A stretch of 63,724 bases of DNA from Lama guanicoe (Eukaryota). Under the pieces are notes generated by a model. That model did no database searches. It was not told where the DNA came from and saw only the letters and a list, made by a program, of their open reading frames with translations. Position numbers and translations under genes: made by a program. Numbering within the stretch: position 1 is the first letter of the stretch; each line of letters opens with the position of its first letter. Positions 12,222-24,649 of the stretch are shown piece after piece. Where the stretch lies: the NCBI GenBank assembly GCA_013239625.1, contig MU053652.1, positions 8,269,303-8,333,026 on the forward strand, read 5' to 3'.

Positions 12222-13436
12222 TTATTCATTTACTTAAAACTGTTTAATCAAGTGCTTATTGAGTATCTAGTACTCGATAAGCTGATTACTGGTCCAGGCA
12301 CTGGGAATACAGCAGTGAACAAAGCACAAAGGTTTTCTGACTTACATCCCAGGGGAGGGAGGTGGATAATAGATAAGCCAGTAAATGTACGGTGTATCAG
12401 ATGGTGGTAAGTGTAATAGAGAAAAATAAGGCAGGATGCAGTTTATAAGATGCATGGAATTACCTCTTCTTCTCCTTGATTGATTGATATGAAGACTGCT
12501 GCTCTCCTGCCTGACTGGTCTTTGTGAGTTCCATAAGAGAAGCAGATTAGCCTCTGGAAAACAGGGTAGCTCAATACAGTTAGCTGGGGTGGGTCTCGGG
12601 TATGCTAGGACTGTCAGGTGGGACACGCAACAGAAACAGCAGTCCTGCGCATGAGGAAATTTGGAGAATACAGTGGTGCACTACAGTCACAGGGAAGAGA
12701 CAGTGAAGGGCCGTATCCAAAGAGTGGAGCTAGAAAGGAATTTAGAGATGTAAACTGAATTGTGCATCCCAGCACTTCCCAACACAAAGTTGCTTTTTCC
12801 TGACATGAAGGTGTGAAAAGACAGAAGGAAAAAAAGACAACCTTAAGTTAGTGTTCTAATAGGCACTTAAGAATTGGATAATTATGTGAAAGAAATTCTG
12901 GATTTTGTATAGTGTGATCTGTCTCACAAGGCCTCCCTGTAAGGTGTCCGATGAGGAGAGGACAGAGGGAGACAGCAGTGAAGGCATCTGTGGGAAGAGA
13001 ATTTCAGGCAGAGGGAACAGCAAGTTTCAAGTCCCAGAGGCAGGAACATGTTAGGATTGTTTTATGAGCAGCAAGAAGACCCGTGAAGGAGAGGAGGTCA
13101 GACAGTGGTGGATGGGGGGTGAGCAAACCTGTCGGGTCTTGAGGCTACTTTAAAACCTTTGGCTTTTATTCTGAGTGAGAGTGGGAAGCCAGCGAGTGGT
13201 GGAGTGACATGATCTGACTGATGTATACAGAGTCCTTCCAGCTTCTCTGTAGAGAGCAGACTGAAGGGAGTCAGCAGTGGGGGCGAGGGGGCAGCAGGGA
13301 GCTCTACTAGGAAGTAAATGCGGCAATCCGGAGTTGCAGGCAGCTTGGACCAGCGTGAAGGCGATGGAAGAGATGAGACGAGATCAGATTCTGGATGTAG
13401 TTTGAAGGCGGAGCGACAGGATTTACTGCTGATCAG
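12222..13436 (-). mobile_element. LINE-2 (L2a-like) 3' portion, interrupted by a ~450-bp unclassified segment (~12450-12900)
   Basis: TTATTGAG...AGGCACTGGGAATACAGCAGTGAACAAA...; resumes AAGGCCTCCCTG.AAGGTG...CAGGCAGAGGGAACAGCAAG...TTGGCTTTTATTCTGAGTGAGA...GATTCTGGATGTAGTTTGAAGG. Confidence 0.8.
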
Positions 13437-13479
13437 CTTGTCACAGATGACAAAACATCATTCTGTACATTAGTACATT

Positions 13480-13640
13480 GACTCATTTAACACTCAACAA
13501 GGGTGAGAAGTAGTTGTTGGACTTACGTAGTAAGAGGGAGAACTGATGATCTGAGGCGTTAACATGGAGAGGTCCAACAGCCTCGATGGGGCAGGAGTGT
13601 GGTCTTGAACTCAGTGTCCTTATTCCCAGCTGCCTCTCCT
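13480..13640 (-). mobile_element. MIR, degraded
   Basis: ACTCATTTAACACTCA...GAGAACTGA...TTGAACTCAG. Confidence 0.5.
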
Positions 13641-13913
13641 TGTATAAGAGCCTCGCTCCCCAGGGGTTCTTTTAAGGCCTTTTTATCTCATACAATATCT
13701 ATTTGCAGTCAGAACAAACATCTTGGTTGATTCATAGTGCCTTCCTATTACATATCTATTCCTTTGCACCACAGCGAATTTCCCAGACATCTTACCCAGT
13801 GGCTTCGTAGTGACCTGAGGAGAAAATGTTAACTCCTGCGGGCAGCTCACAGCTTCTTCCTCACTTGGTGATAGGTTCTTTCTGCAGCTTCATGGCTCCA
13901 TCTCTGGCTGGAC

Positions 13914-13980
13914 TCCCCACCCTACCCCCCACCCCACCCCCACCTCATACCTGTACCAAACACACACACACACACGCACA
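13914..13980. repeat. C-run (CCCCA)n tract, a potential G-quadruplex on the minus strand, followed by (CA)n
   Basis: CCCCACCCTACCCCCCACCCCACCCCCACC...ACACACACACACACACGCACA. Confidence 0.8.
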
Positions 13981-15361
13981 TTAACTGATTGCACTCATAA
14001 AATTACCTTAACCTCATTAGGTGTAGTTTCCAGGTTAACATAACAACCTGAGTGAATACTTTCTGATCTGGAAGGATAAGAAGAGCAAAATATGGCAATA
14101 GACCAAAACAGAAAGTATCAATTAGTCCTCTGAGAAAATAGCTATAAAACCTCAGTTATCACAAGGATGTCCTTTTTGGTTTTATCTTTGTCTTGTCAGT
14201 ATAAAAGAACTTTTGTTTTGTATTTTTAAAACATTTCTGGAGCAGAGCTGGTGGGGGCAGAGGGGGTGAGGAGGTTGTGGAGTCAGGGAGATTTTTCAAT
14301 AGGCAAGATATTTCCTTGAACATAATTAGAATTCAAACAGCATGATGCTGAGTTTTTTCCTCACGCTCATGGTTGAGGAGTAAGTGAAAATTAACAGCAT
14401 CTTTACCGAGATCGAACATAAAGTGATTCCATCTTAGTACCTTATAAAATCAAGTTAATTTCCAGCCCTGGGATAAACAGCCCCTCAAAGGCCTGTGAAT
14501 GAATACTCAAATATGATCTTCGGCAATTTTGTTAACTTTAGGTCCTATTTGCTTTTTTGATAAAAACAAGCACAGTATGGGAGGGGTAGTTATCTAGTCT
14601 CCAGATGGCCTCTCAGTGCTCTCTGAGTCTGAGGCTCTGGTGCTTCTGTGAAGAGAGCCACAGAGAGCTGCTCTCACACTGGATTTTGGCAGGAGGATGC
14701 CTTTCTCCCTGAGCCATCGTGCGTGGCACCAGTATCAGGCAATTTGGTTGGATTGACTTCATCAGGAATCGGACAACAGTGTATTTTCGTTTCTTCACCC
14801 CTCCATGGAGAACGGGCAAGCGTCCCAGCTCCTACTGGTTATTACTTATGTGTACAAATCTCCATTCTTTGATTTCCTCCTCTGTAAAGTGAGGCTGGGT
14901 GATTGGCTTGAAGTTACAGGGAGGAAAGATTACGCACAGTCTTCCTGATCGGTCAGCTCTCTACTTGGTTCCTGAAGACAATTAAATTGATTCTGTTATG
15001 CAACTGCTTTGTTTCTGTTGGCCTATGCATAAGTCACTTCTGAAAAATGGCAAGTCCTACATTAAGATCAATCAGCAATATGATTTTCAACCTCAGTGGT
15101 TCTACAAGAATGATTTTTAAAAGAAAATACAAGTGGGACCTTCTGGTAGAAATGCAATAAAGTGCTAATTTCCTAATGTATACAACATAGATTGGGGGTG
15201 TGGCCAGCCAGTTATTGAATAAGAAGAAACTGTTCCCTACTCTGTAGCAAGTATTTGCTGTGAATTCCATTCATTCATTTCTGTGTATTAATAATAATCT
15301 CATAAAAATAGTGGCATTCCTGAGTAAGGTAACCTAGTAGTTTATTATCAGCCACAGTAAT

Positions 15362-15715
15362 TGTGGTAGGTTGAATTATTCTTTAAAATGTTTACATGCT
15401 GGACTTGGGACTCAGGGTGGGCAGGACGTAACTCCCTGCCCTTTCATTTTGGGCTCAGATTATGCCTTGCTTTGTCCGGAGGGTTATCATCAGACTCGAA
15501 GTGTGACTGCATTATTGGCCTTGGCCTCTTACCTTTCTGCCTTTGCCATACGCCCACAAGGAAGCTGCCTGGGCCCCAGAATGACATACATGGAGACCCG
15601 CGATGAAGTCTAGCCTCGGCCAGCCGACCCCCCGCTGACTTGTATACACATATCTCTTGTTTTAAGTATATATATCTCTGGGTGGTTTGCTATGAAATAA
15701 TAGCTAATGAATACA
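15362..15715 (+). mobile_element. MaLR solo LTR (old MLT1, MLT1I/J-like) with near-perfect 5-bp TSD
   Basis: TGTGGTAG...CAGCCGACCC...TTGTTTTAAG...GGGTGGTTTGCTATG...ATAGCTAATGAATACA; flanks GTAAT and ATAAT. Confidence 0.75.
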
Positions 15716-15895
15716 ATAATATTAATTGGGCACTTACTGGTTAAAGGTGCTACACACACACTTGTCTCATTTAATTCCTACCTTAAGCCTCTGGACTAGA
15801 TGGCAGCCCAATTTGGAAAGGAGATATAGTTAGTATCAGAGTCAATATTTGAACCCAGCCTTTTATGACTCCAAAGCCAATGCTCTTAAATGCTT
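15716..15895 (-). mobile_element. MIR SINE
   Basis: GCACTTACT...TCTCATTTAAT...TTTGAACCCAG...TGACTCCAAAGCCAATGCTCTTAA. Confidence 0.7.
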
Positions 15896-15939
15896 TCAGA
15901 TCTGAGTTATTCAATAAAATTAACAGATGGTTCAGAGCA

Positions 15940-16398
15940 GGACCCTTTATCTGACCTCCTTACCTAGAGGCAGTGTATGCGCTGCCCTCCTCCCTCATCA
16001 TCCCGTTTTCTCACTGTGGCTCTGGCCTCTCTGACTTTCCTCCAAACCCTTAAACTTGCTCAGATTTACTCCTCTAAAGCCATTGTGTGCATTTTATTTT
16101 CCCTGTTCTTTTAATGGCTGGCCTTTTCCCATTCTTGAGATTCCAGAAGTTCTAACAGACCACCGTAAAGTAGCCTTCTCTTCATTATTTTCTCTCCCAT
16201 CGCCCTATTTGTTTCCTTCATAGCGTCAGCACAGTTTGTAATTATTTTGCATACTTGCTTTCATTATGTCCCTGTCCCCCAGTGCACCTCCGCTAGGCAA
16301 GGGCATGCTTGTCTTGCATACTGTGGTATCTGGTACATCGAGTGCAGTGTCTTGCACATAGAACGTGCTCAATAAATATTTGTAGAACGAATGAATGG
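15940..16398 (+). mobile_element. LINE-2 3' end (L2a-like)
   Basis: Ends CAGTGTCTTGCACATAG..GTGCTCAATAAATATTTGTAGAACGAATGAATG, the canonical L2 tail. Confidence 0.85.
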
Positions 16399-17560
16399 AG
16401 AGAAGAGGAATAGGACCAGGATATGAAGAGCAGGCTGGTGAGTGGGGAACTACAAACCTGCACTGAACACTGATGAAGGAAAACCCGAGCAACTAGAGAG
16501 AGAGTTAGGATTGCAGTGGGCACAGGACATGAGGGAGGGATGTAGAGATGAGGGAGCAAGTTTCAAAAGCCAACGCTGCCCACTTCATAACTCCACACAG
16601 AACTCTCAGTGAGTTCTTAGGAGACATTATTCCTTGAGACACTTTAAGCTAGAATATGTGCTACTGGAAACACATACTAGCATGTGTATGATGCCCTTCT
16701 GATTTGAACTGCGTCTTTTATTTTCTTAGGGTTAGAAAAAGAGGTTAATATTAGAAACAAAAAAGAGAAATCTCACAGTAATCAATGCGAGGGGAGCAAG
16801 GACACTACACCAAAAGGGACCTTGGGTGAGCAATCTCCTTGCATCCACAGGAGACCCTGAGAGACTCAAGTGGGACTCGAGAGGGAGTTTCAGACTGGCG
16901 GTCACAACACTGATGAATCTCACTGGTGATTTTCTGTGATAAATGGAAATGATAAATATATCACATGGACAAGAAATCCAAACAAGGTCTAGACAAGATG
17001 AAGTGTGACTAGGTTCTGAAAGAGTTGGTTTTGTGCTGGAGAAATATAGCAGGCTTAGGCTAGACTTCTAAATCTGATTGTGCAATGGTGTACAAAAGGA
17101 TGCTCAAGGATTATGTTTTAAATTAAACCTTGCTTCTCTTACCTGGCTATATAAGCCATGGATTATTTTTTCGAATATGTTGCAAATTATGATTTATGAG
17201 GGAACTAGCTAAGAACAACAGTTTGTTCCTGTTTTTCTCCTCGGGTATTTATTGAATCTGTTCACTTATCGATTTGTCTAACAAATATTATTAAACTCCT
17301 CCTACCTTTGGTGCTAAAATATATTATGATGGTCCCAGGAGTGAAGAACTTGAGAAAAAGCATTAGAGAACCCATAGGAGGAGCATCTCTTTCTTGCTTT
17401 CCTAAAAAAGGGAGAAGCCAAGAGTATTCCACTTTATTTTCCTCTAGAGTGACTTTACAACTGTGGCAATATGATGCAATATAAGAATGGAGTTGACAGA
17501 TGAAAAAGAAATAAAGAAGAATGAAAAAAAGTGTCTTAGGATCTGCTTATAAGTATTTTT

Positions 17561-17714
17561 TAACATTTTTTATTGATTTATAATCATTTTACAATGTTGT
17601 GTCAAATTCCAGTGTAGAGCACAATTTTTCAGTCATACATGAACATGTATATATTCATTGTCACATTTTTTTTCTCTGTGAGCTACCATAAGATCTTATG
17701 TATACTTCCCTGTG
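17561..17714 (-). mobile_element. Young, heavily 5'-truncated LINE-1 (camelid-type 3' UTR) with perfect TSD
   Basis: TAACATTTTTTATTGATTTATAATCATTTTACAATGTTGTGTCAAATTCCAGTGTAGAGCAC...CCCTGTG flanked by CTGCTTATAAGTATTTTT at 17543-17560 and 17715-17732; TTTT/AA endonuclease site. Confidence 0.92.
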
Positions 17715-17789
17715 CTGCTTATAAGTATTTTTAAGCACTGGATATACATAGTCAGTAGGAAATACTCATGGGCCGATTTTTCGCTTTGA

Positions 17790-17968
17790 TTTACTCATTT
17801 CATCCTCATAGTAATGAACCTAGGAGGCTGGCACTATTATTATCCCCATTTTACAGTTGAAGAAACTGAGACACAGACATTTAAGGAGACTGTCATCATC
17901 ACCCAACTAAGAGATGGAAGCTCCAGGACTCCAACCAACCAAGGCAGACTGGCTCGAGAGTACATGTT
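17790..17968 (-). mobile_element. MIR SINE
   Basis: TATTATTATCCCCATTTTACAGTTGAAGAAACTGAGACACAGA core. Confidence 0.85.
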
Positions 17969-18619
17969 ATACCAAATGGTGAATTAAGCAAACCCTAAGG
18001 AACAGTACTTGTGAGAAACTTCCAGCATTCCGAGGTGAACAAGGAACTTGCATTCCTTGATCACTAATACATCCACATTAAGACATATGCAAGTTAGTCC
18101 CCAGTACCAGCACCTCACCAGAGCCCGGCTAGTGAGAGCCTTGTCCATTCCTGCCAGATGCTTGGCTGGGCCTCCATCCAGCTCCCCTCTGTGCATCCAT
18201 CCACCTGAAATCCAGATAAAGATCTTGACAGCAGCCCCCCACCAAATAACAAGATTTTGATGCATCCCTTTTATATAATTCTAATCAGAATATTTCTTAA
18301 TGACTCAAACTTATATATATGCTGAATCAAAATATCAGATGTTTTGATTGCAAAATTCTAGATAATTGAATTGAAGCTGAACTTCTCTCTCTTCTTCTGC
18401 ATATTTCCATGTGACCTTCCTTTGCTTGTGCCTTTTTTTTGTATATCCTTAGTCTTCTTGTTAGATAACCCGATCACCCAAATACAGATTATACACCAGG
18501 GCATCCGTGAGTCCAAAGGAGAGAACCTGGAAGCCAAGTGGGTAATGAATGAGGAAGAGCATGTGGGGTTCTGATCCGAACAATTCTTAGATGCCTGACC
18601 TATAACAGCCCCGATTCCA

Positions 18620-18800
18620 CATGTAATTACAAAGAAGGGGAGTAGACAGTATCTTGAAGCACATAACGAGTGCCTAATCTTTTGGCTGGGCTTAGGGAAG
18701 GCTTCTCAGAAGAGGCAACATTTTAGCGCAAGCCAGGAAGATGAACTGGAAGTGGTCAAGAGTAGGATGGGAATGTGAATGGCATCTTGTTTAGGGGCTG
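18620..18800 (-). mobile_element. LINE-2 fragment
   Basis: AGGGAAGGCTTCTCAGAAGAGGCAACATTTTAGC...GAAGATGA. Confidence 0.55.
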
Positions 18801-20772
18801 TCCTGGGGATGGAGTGAGGTCTCATCACTTGTCATTATACACTCATCTAGATGTTACTATACCATAATCTATATGAAGAGTTGACTGTACAAAGATACAG
18901 AAAAAGGGTTTCTACTCTCATCAAGAAACTGTGCACAAGATAAGAGATTTTACAACACTCAAAACAGAAAGTTAGGGGATGTAGGTGACTCTCTGGATTG
19001 TCTGTGTTTATTTCTCCTGGATTTGTCAGTTGGTCTCAGTATCACCTGCCTGGATGTTCCGTTCTTTACAAATTATTACAACATCGAGGCATTCGAGTGC
19101 CAAGGTTCTATCATGAGTACAGTGAGTTAACGCTGTATCTCTAATGGTGAGATGCCTTGTGCAGAGTGGCCTTAAAACCAGCCATTATCCTTGGATGCTC
19201 TGCATTTGGCCACAACAGAATCCTGAGGAGAGGCTGTTGGTGGAGGACCGTAATTTCAACTCTGCTATAAGTAAAAACACCACAAGGAGTAGGATTGTCC
19301 CATCGATTGGATCAATAGTTTTCTCAACACAGACAGAGAGAAAAAAATCTTGCTATTACTTAAAATCTGAAAACACATATTTTGTTTTTGATACCAATCC
19401 TAAATACTGGTAGCAGAAGCTTGATCTGTTTCTGTAAGAAGCTAATAAGAAAGCTAGAAAAAAAGTCATCTGTCTCTGAATTCCTTGTAATGGGCCTGCA
19501 AAACTCTCTCTTGCCCTGAAGAAAGCTTTAACTGGGCCCCAGGGCAGCACTGGTTATGAGGAGGAAAATGACATTTCCCCCGTATGTCAGCAGTAAAAGG
19601 AAGGACAAGAATCAGGGGCTGAGACACAGACTGCCACTCACTGGCTCTCCTTTTTTGTTGTTCTGATGATGGTAAGGTTGGAGTCAGGACAGAATGGAGA
19701 TGTGGGGAGAGGAAGGGCATTTTTCAAAATTTACAAGTTTCTAGTTAAAATGAAATGGCCTTTTGGCACTCTCTGAAGTGGGCCATTGTAAGAGAAAAGA
19801 ATCATTTGTTTTCCTTTCACTTTTGCCATTGTAAATGAATATCCCTTTAGGAAAATTGTATATGGAGACTCGCAGAATTCATTGCTCCATTTATTCAATG
19901 TGACAGGAATGAAAATGAGTCTACAGAAAACAAGGCAGTATGAGTTGGATTATATTTTTTATTGCTCATAACCTAATTTTTTTCCGATGACAGTATGGTG
20001 GTGTCTGTTATCAAGTATTTACTAAGTCCTCATTGTGTTTTGTGCTTGAAGTAACTGGATGGAGATGGAAAGGAAGAATATTGGAATAAAGATGAGGAGC
20101 TAATACGACTCATATGGTATCAACCCATCAGTGTTTTCACTCTAACCGGAGAGCACATGTCAATGTCTTTTTTCAAGATCTGGCCTTTACCATCAAGAAG
20201 ACTTTTAATCTAAAAAAATGGGCCAGAAAGACTAAAAAGAAAAATGCTAGAGGAATATAAAAATAAGATGTATATATGTGGTTGTTTCCAGACAATACAT
20301 AGAAACTTACCATGTCTGAATAATGACAGAGCTCTGGACCTCCCAACACTGGTTAGGGAACTCATCTTTTGATTCTTCAGATACATTGGGCAGGGCCTTC
20401 ACTTACAAATGAACATGCATGAACAACCACCCAGGAACACCAATTAATAAATAACAATGAACAATTACTGATTTTAAAGTTAATAATCTGGCAAAGTAAT
20501 TTATAGTGGATAATAAAATTACAGGCAATGTTAAGTTCTGGCCAGCCATTAAATGGTTACATGTTTATAACCAATTTGGAAAAGGCGGGCGCAGAGCCAT
20601 CAAGTATAGCTATGGAAAACCATTCCCTACAGATCCTTTTTCCCATCACCGTAACTACAGATTCTGGTTTTCAGAGAGCAGATTCAGTGTATGCCCGCTG
20701 TCCCAACATTAATATTAATAGGTCTCCTTTAAATCTCAAAAGTGTACCAAATAAAACTTGTGTCTGATAATG

Positions 20773-20785
20773 GGTCATCATGACC
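20773..20785. promoter_or_regulatory. Perfect consensus estrogen-response-element palindrome GGTCAtcaTGACC, with adjacent GATA motif
   Basis: TCTGATAATGGGTCATCATGACCAT read directly; function untested. Confidence 0.45.
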
Positions 20786-20909
20786 ATCAATTTGAGGAAG
20801 CTAAATAATTTTGCATTCCAGCAGAGTTATATTATTAAGCAACCATATAGACTCAGCAATGATGATGGTAATAATAATGTTAATAATATTATCAGCAGTA
20901 ACTTGAGCT

Positions 20910-21146
20910 GTAATATTTATTTTGTGATTACTCTGTTCTGGGTAATACACTGAGCACTTTTAGCTCACTTAATTTACAGCAACCTTACAAATACTCTTAT
21001 TGCCATTATATAGGTTTTTTAAAACAGAAAGGGAAGCGCAGAGTAATAAGTAACTTGCCCGAGGTCACACAATATTATGTGCTGAACGCAATGCTCAACA
21101 GAAACATTTTGATTCCAGAACCTACTTTCATAATGATTGCTGTTAT
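20910..21146 (-). mobile_element. MIR SINE
   Basis: CTGAGCACTTT...AAGTAACTTGCCCGAGGTCACAC...GATTCCAGA. Confidence 0.8.
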
Positions 21147-21895
21147 CGAGAAGCTTACTAATACAATAATTAGGTTAGAAAGTATTATGTAAGCATATGA
21201 AATAGATAACATGGGGTAATTAATGAGACAAAATGAACAGTATTGCCTATTTCCCAATGGTTTTTCCATCTGTGGAACTCAGAGTTCTTGCAAGAAGTTT
21301 TTTTTAAAGTTGTATAAAATATAATGCATGGTCTATAAACTAAATAATATGCTTATATATCTCTTCTGTGTGTTTGTGGTTAATAAGTTATGCCTTAAAT
21401 TAAAATCAGTACAAAATTCAAAGTAGTTCCTTCCCTCAATCCAAAGATACTTTTCTTAAAACCCCACTTTACTTTCAAGTTTATGTGTGGTCAGGAACAA
21501 GGAGGGTACCAGAAATCCAATAAAAAGCTGGATAAGTGACCTTGCTGAACAGCCGCAGTGCCCAGCTGAGGCTGGCAAGAGCTGGGCAAATGTAGATATT
21601 ATTCTGTATCAAGGTCTCACCTTGTCCAGGTGCTATATGATTTTACAACAGCACCAGGGTTGGAGAGCCACAATATCCAGAGTGGTGCATGCAGGATAGC
21701 GGTGAGAACAGCACTGGGGGATTCAGCCATGGGGTAGTGTGTCATCCAAATTGAGCCAGTGGAATCCATAAAGAGGAAAAGATGGAAAGATGAGAGGATT
21801 GAAAGGCAAACTCACAGAGTACTAATCTTAAGAAAAACTAGGTTAAAGCGCTAATGGCAACTCAAGTGGGGAAGCATCAAATTCAGGACACTGGG

Positions 21896-22255
21896 TGCTA
21901 TGAAGTGAATGTTCATTTCCCCCCCTCATTCACATGTTGAAGCCCTAACCTATAATGTGATGGTATCTGGAGGTGGGGCATTTGGGAGGTAACTAGGTCA
22001 TGTGGGTAGAGCCCTCATGAATGGAATTAGTGCCTTTATAAGAAGAGACATGACACAGCTGATCCTTCTCTCCACCATGTGAGGATGCAACAAGAAGGTG
22101 GCCATCTGCCAACTAGGAAAGGGGCCCTCACTAGAATCTCACCATGCTGGCACTCTGATCTCAGACTCCCCAGGCTCCAGAACTATAAGGAATAAATGCC
22201 TGTTGCTTAAGTCACCCATTCTACAATATTCTGTTATCCCAGCCCCTGACTTAAA
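21896..22255 (+). mobile_element. MaLR solo LTR, MLT1A/MLT1A0-like
   Basis: TGCTATG..GTGAATGTT...ATGTTGAAGCCCTAACC..AATGTGATGGTAT.TGGAGGTGGGGC.TTTGGGAGGT...GGGCCCTCAC...TCCAGAACT..AATAAATG. Confidence 0.9.
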
Positions 22256-22339
22256 TCCAGTGTTTCGCTAGAGTGGCAAATGGCTGATGTGGCATGGAGA
22301 TGAACAACTTCATCCATACAGAGGAAGGAAGGAGGGAAT

Positions 22340-22436
22340 GAATGCCTCATAGATGTATTGGGGGATTAAGTGAGGTTTTGGACATAAGGGTTTAGAACAG
22401 TGTCAGCACATAGTAAATGCTTATTGAATGATTGTT
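22340..22436 (+). mobile_element. MIR 3' fragment
   Basis: CCTCATAG...GGATTAAGTGAG...TTAGAACAGTG.CAGCACATAGTAAATGCT. Confidence 0.7.
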
Positions 22437-23359
22437 CGACAAATGCTACTGAGGAATATGACGCATGTTGATATTGGGGTCTGAGATTCCCTTGGAATTT
22501 GGAGATGCCAGGATAAGTTTGGAAAGATAAAGAGGAAGAACACAAATGAGTTGTTGAAGACATGGGGAGGATAAAAGTGAGTCTAGCAGAACGAGCAGGA
22601 GGTAGTAGATGGTGGTGGCAGTAGTGACTGGGAAAGGAGAGTTTAAATAAGTGTTGCTTGAAAAGGAGAGTAACGCTCTCCAAAGCACCCACAAAATCCT
22701 TGGGAGATTTGCGTCCTTCTTTTCCATTATTGCTTTAATTCACTTTCCGAGAACTGCTTTAGTTAACACATTCATCCCTTTAAAGCCAAATGTTATGCAT
22801 GTTGAATTATATATACTAAAAAGGTAAACAATTGCAGCATTTATAATAGGTTCAGAGAATAAACAAAGGATTTTTTTTTGTGCATTTATATTCCTCATTG
22901 TTTTCCGGGTGTTTAGTGATCATTCTCCACTCTGTTTGCTATGGGATGTGGTGAACGTTGTTAATTATTGTCGTCAGAATGATGAAAGAGTTTCATATCA
23001 CAGGTGGTGACAGCAAACAAATCTGTGGCTTCAGAAAAGGAAGTTCCAGTCTGAAGACAAATGAATGTTTACAAAAGCACAATGGATACTGCAAGGGTAC
23101 TACTGTCAGATTTATAGGGAGAACAGTACATGCCGTGTTCTGCAGGTCAGGTTTAGGACATTTGATATAAGAAATGTTTTCTATTCTGATTTCATCCAGA
23201 ACATTAATTGTTCTCCTCTTGCGTTGTGTCTGGTGCAACGGCACAACCTTCTTCCCTTAATTAGGTTTCAGAGGATTCAGAAAGGGCCCACTCTTGGTCT
23301 GAATTGTTTCCCTTGGTGACATTATTGGGTTTTCCTTCAACAGCCTGGAGGCAAAATCC

Positions 23360-24130
23360 ATCAACCAATCAGCAAGTTTATACAGCACCCCTACTATGCA
23401 GCCGGCTTTATGTTAGGTGCTCTCTAAAAGCCTACAATTGAATTGGAGGGGCAAAATCTATGCGTAGGAAATAATAAGGGAACGACAAAGGCCAGACTGG
23501 GTGGAACTGACTCTCAGTGCTATAGAAACTCAGGGAAAGGAGAGATCAGTGTGGGCTAAGCAGCCAAAGGTTTTCAAATTATTATGATCAATTACTGTCA
23601 TTACAGCAACAACGGCTAGCTGTATTTATTGAGCGTTAAGTGCTCACCATATGCCAGGTACTGTGCGGAGCACTTTGTGTGCCTTCTCTGATTTAATCCT
23701 CATAACAGCCCTTTTTATTATTCTGACTTAAAAAAAGAAAACCAATACTCTCATTTTTCCCATTTTATAAATGAGGATACTGAGTCTTAAAGTGGTTATG
23801 TAAATTCAACCATGGTCACAGAGTTAGCCATGCCACAACTGACACTTGAATGCAAATTTGTTTGACCCCAAACCAGTAAGCATATTACTACCACATATAC
23901 TGCTATTGCTTTGTAGCTGGATGAAGTCCATAAAGCCAGTCTTTAACAGTATGTGTAGATGCCAAATGGCAGGGGAGAGCAAGGGAGGGCATTCCAAGAG
24001 AAAGAAATCCTGGAGCAGAAAGTTAGCGTCATGAAGGACTGTAAAGGCTGAGAGGATCTGCTTTGCATAGCGCTGTGCTGGGAATGCGCAGAGACGAGGT
24101 GTGGAGGTTCAAGTTGGGTCAGACCAGTGA
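23360..24130 (-). mobile_element. LINE-2 3' portion interrupted by a MIR
   Basis: CAGCAAGTTTAT..AGCACC.CTACTATG...CAGTGCTATAGAAACTCAGGGAAAGGAGAGATCAGTGTGGGCT; resumes ~23910 GGAGGGCATTCCAAG. Confidence 0.6.
23616..23905 (-). mobile_element. MIR SINE
   Basis: ATTTATTGAGCG...ATGCCAGGTACTGTGC...ATTTAATCCTCATAACAGCCCT...CCCATTTTATAAATGAGGATACTGAG. Confidence 0.85.
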
Positions 24131-24649
24131 CAGGCAGTACTACTCAAGAAATTAGGATAATATTAGATAGTAAAGGCTTTGTATCAAATTTGATGACCAA
24201 GAAGCTCAGGTACACAAGAATCAGAGTAACGAGACAAGAACAAGTGTAGGTCATGCATTCAAAACATTACACGAGGCACCATGGAAATTAAGGAGATGAT
24301 TAAGGCCGGCTTTCTTCCCTCCAGCAGTTTACAGTGTAGACAGGAGTGACCTGAGCTGGAGTTGTTAAGGTATACAAGACTCGGGAGAAGGTGGAGCGAG
24401 AGAAGCTCGCTGAAGGAAGACTGTCACGTTCTGAGTGGACTGAAGCCCCAGTCAGAGGGATCATTTATTCACTTACTGATTTAATAACTGTTTTTTAGCG
24501 TATACCTCATGCTAGGTGTTGGGGAGAATAGTGAGTCCTCAGTAAACTTAGCTATGGATTAAGGGAGAGACATTAATAAGATGACCTCACGGACAAGTGT
24601 AAAATCACGACTGGGAATGCAGTGAATTGAGGAAATGAATCCAGATTGA

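Noticed and set aside
17143..17208. Minus-strand exon-like segment ending CAG|GTAAGA
   Set aside because: Stops in all frames, modest acceptor, no other support
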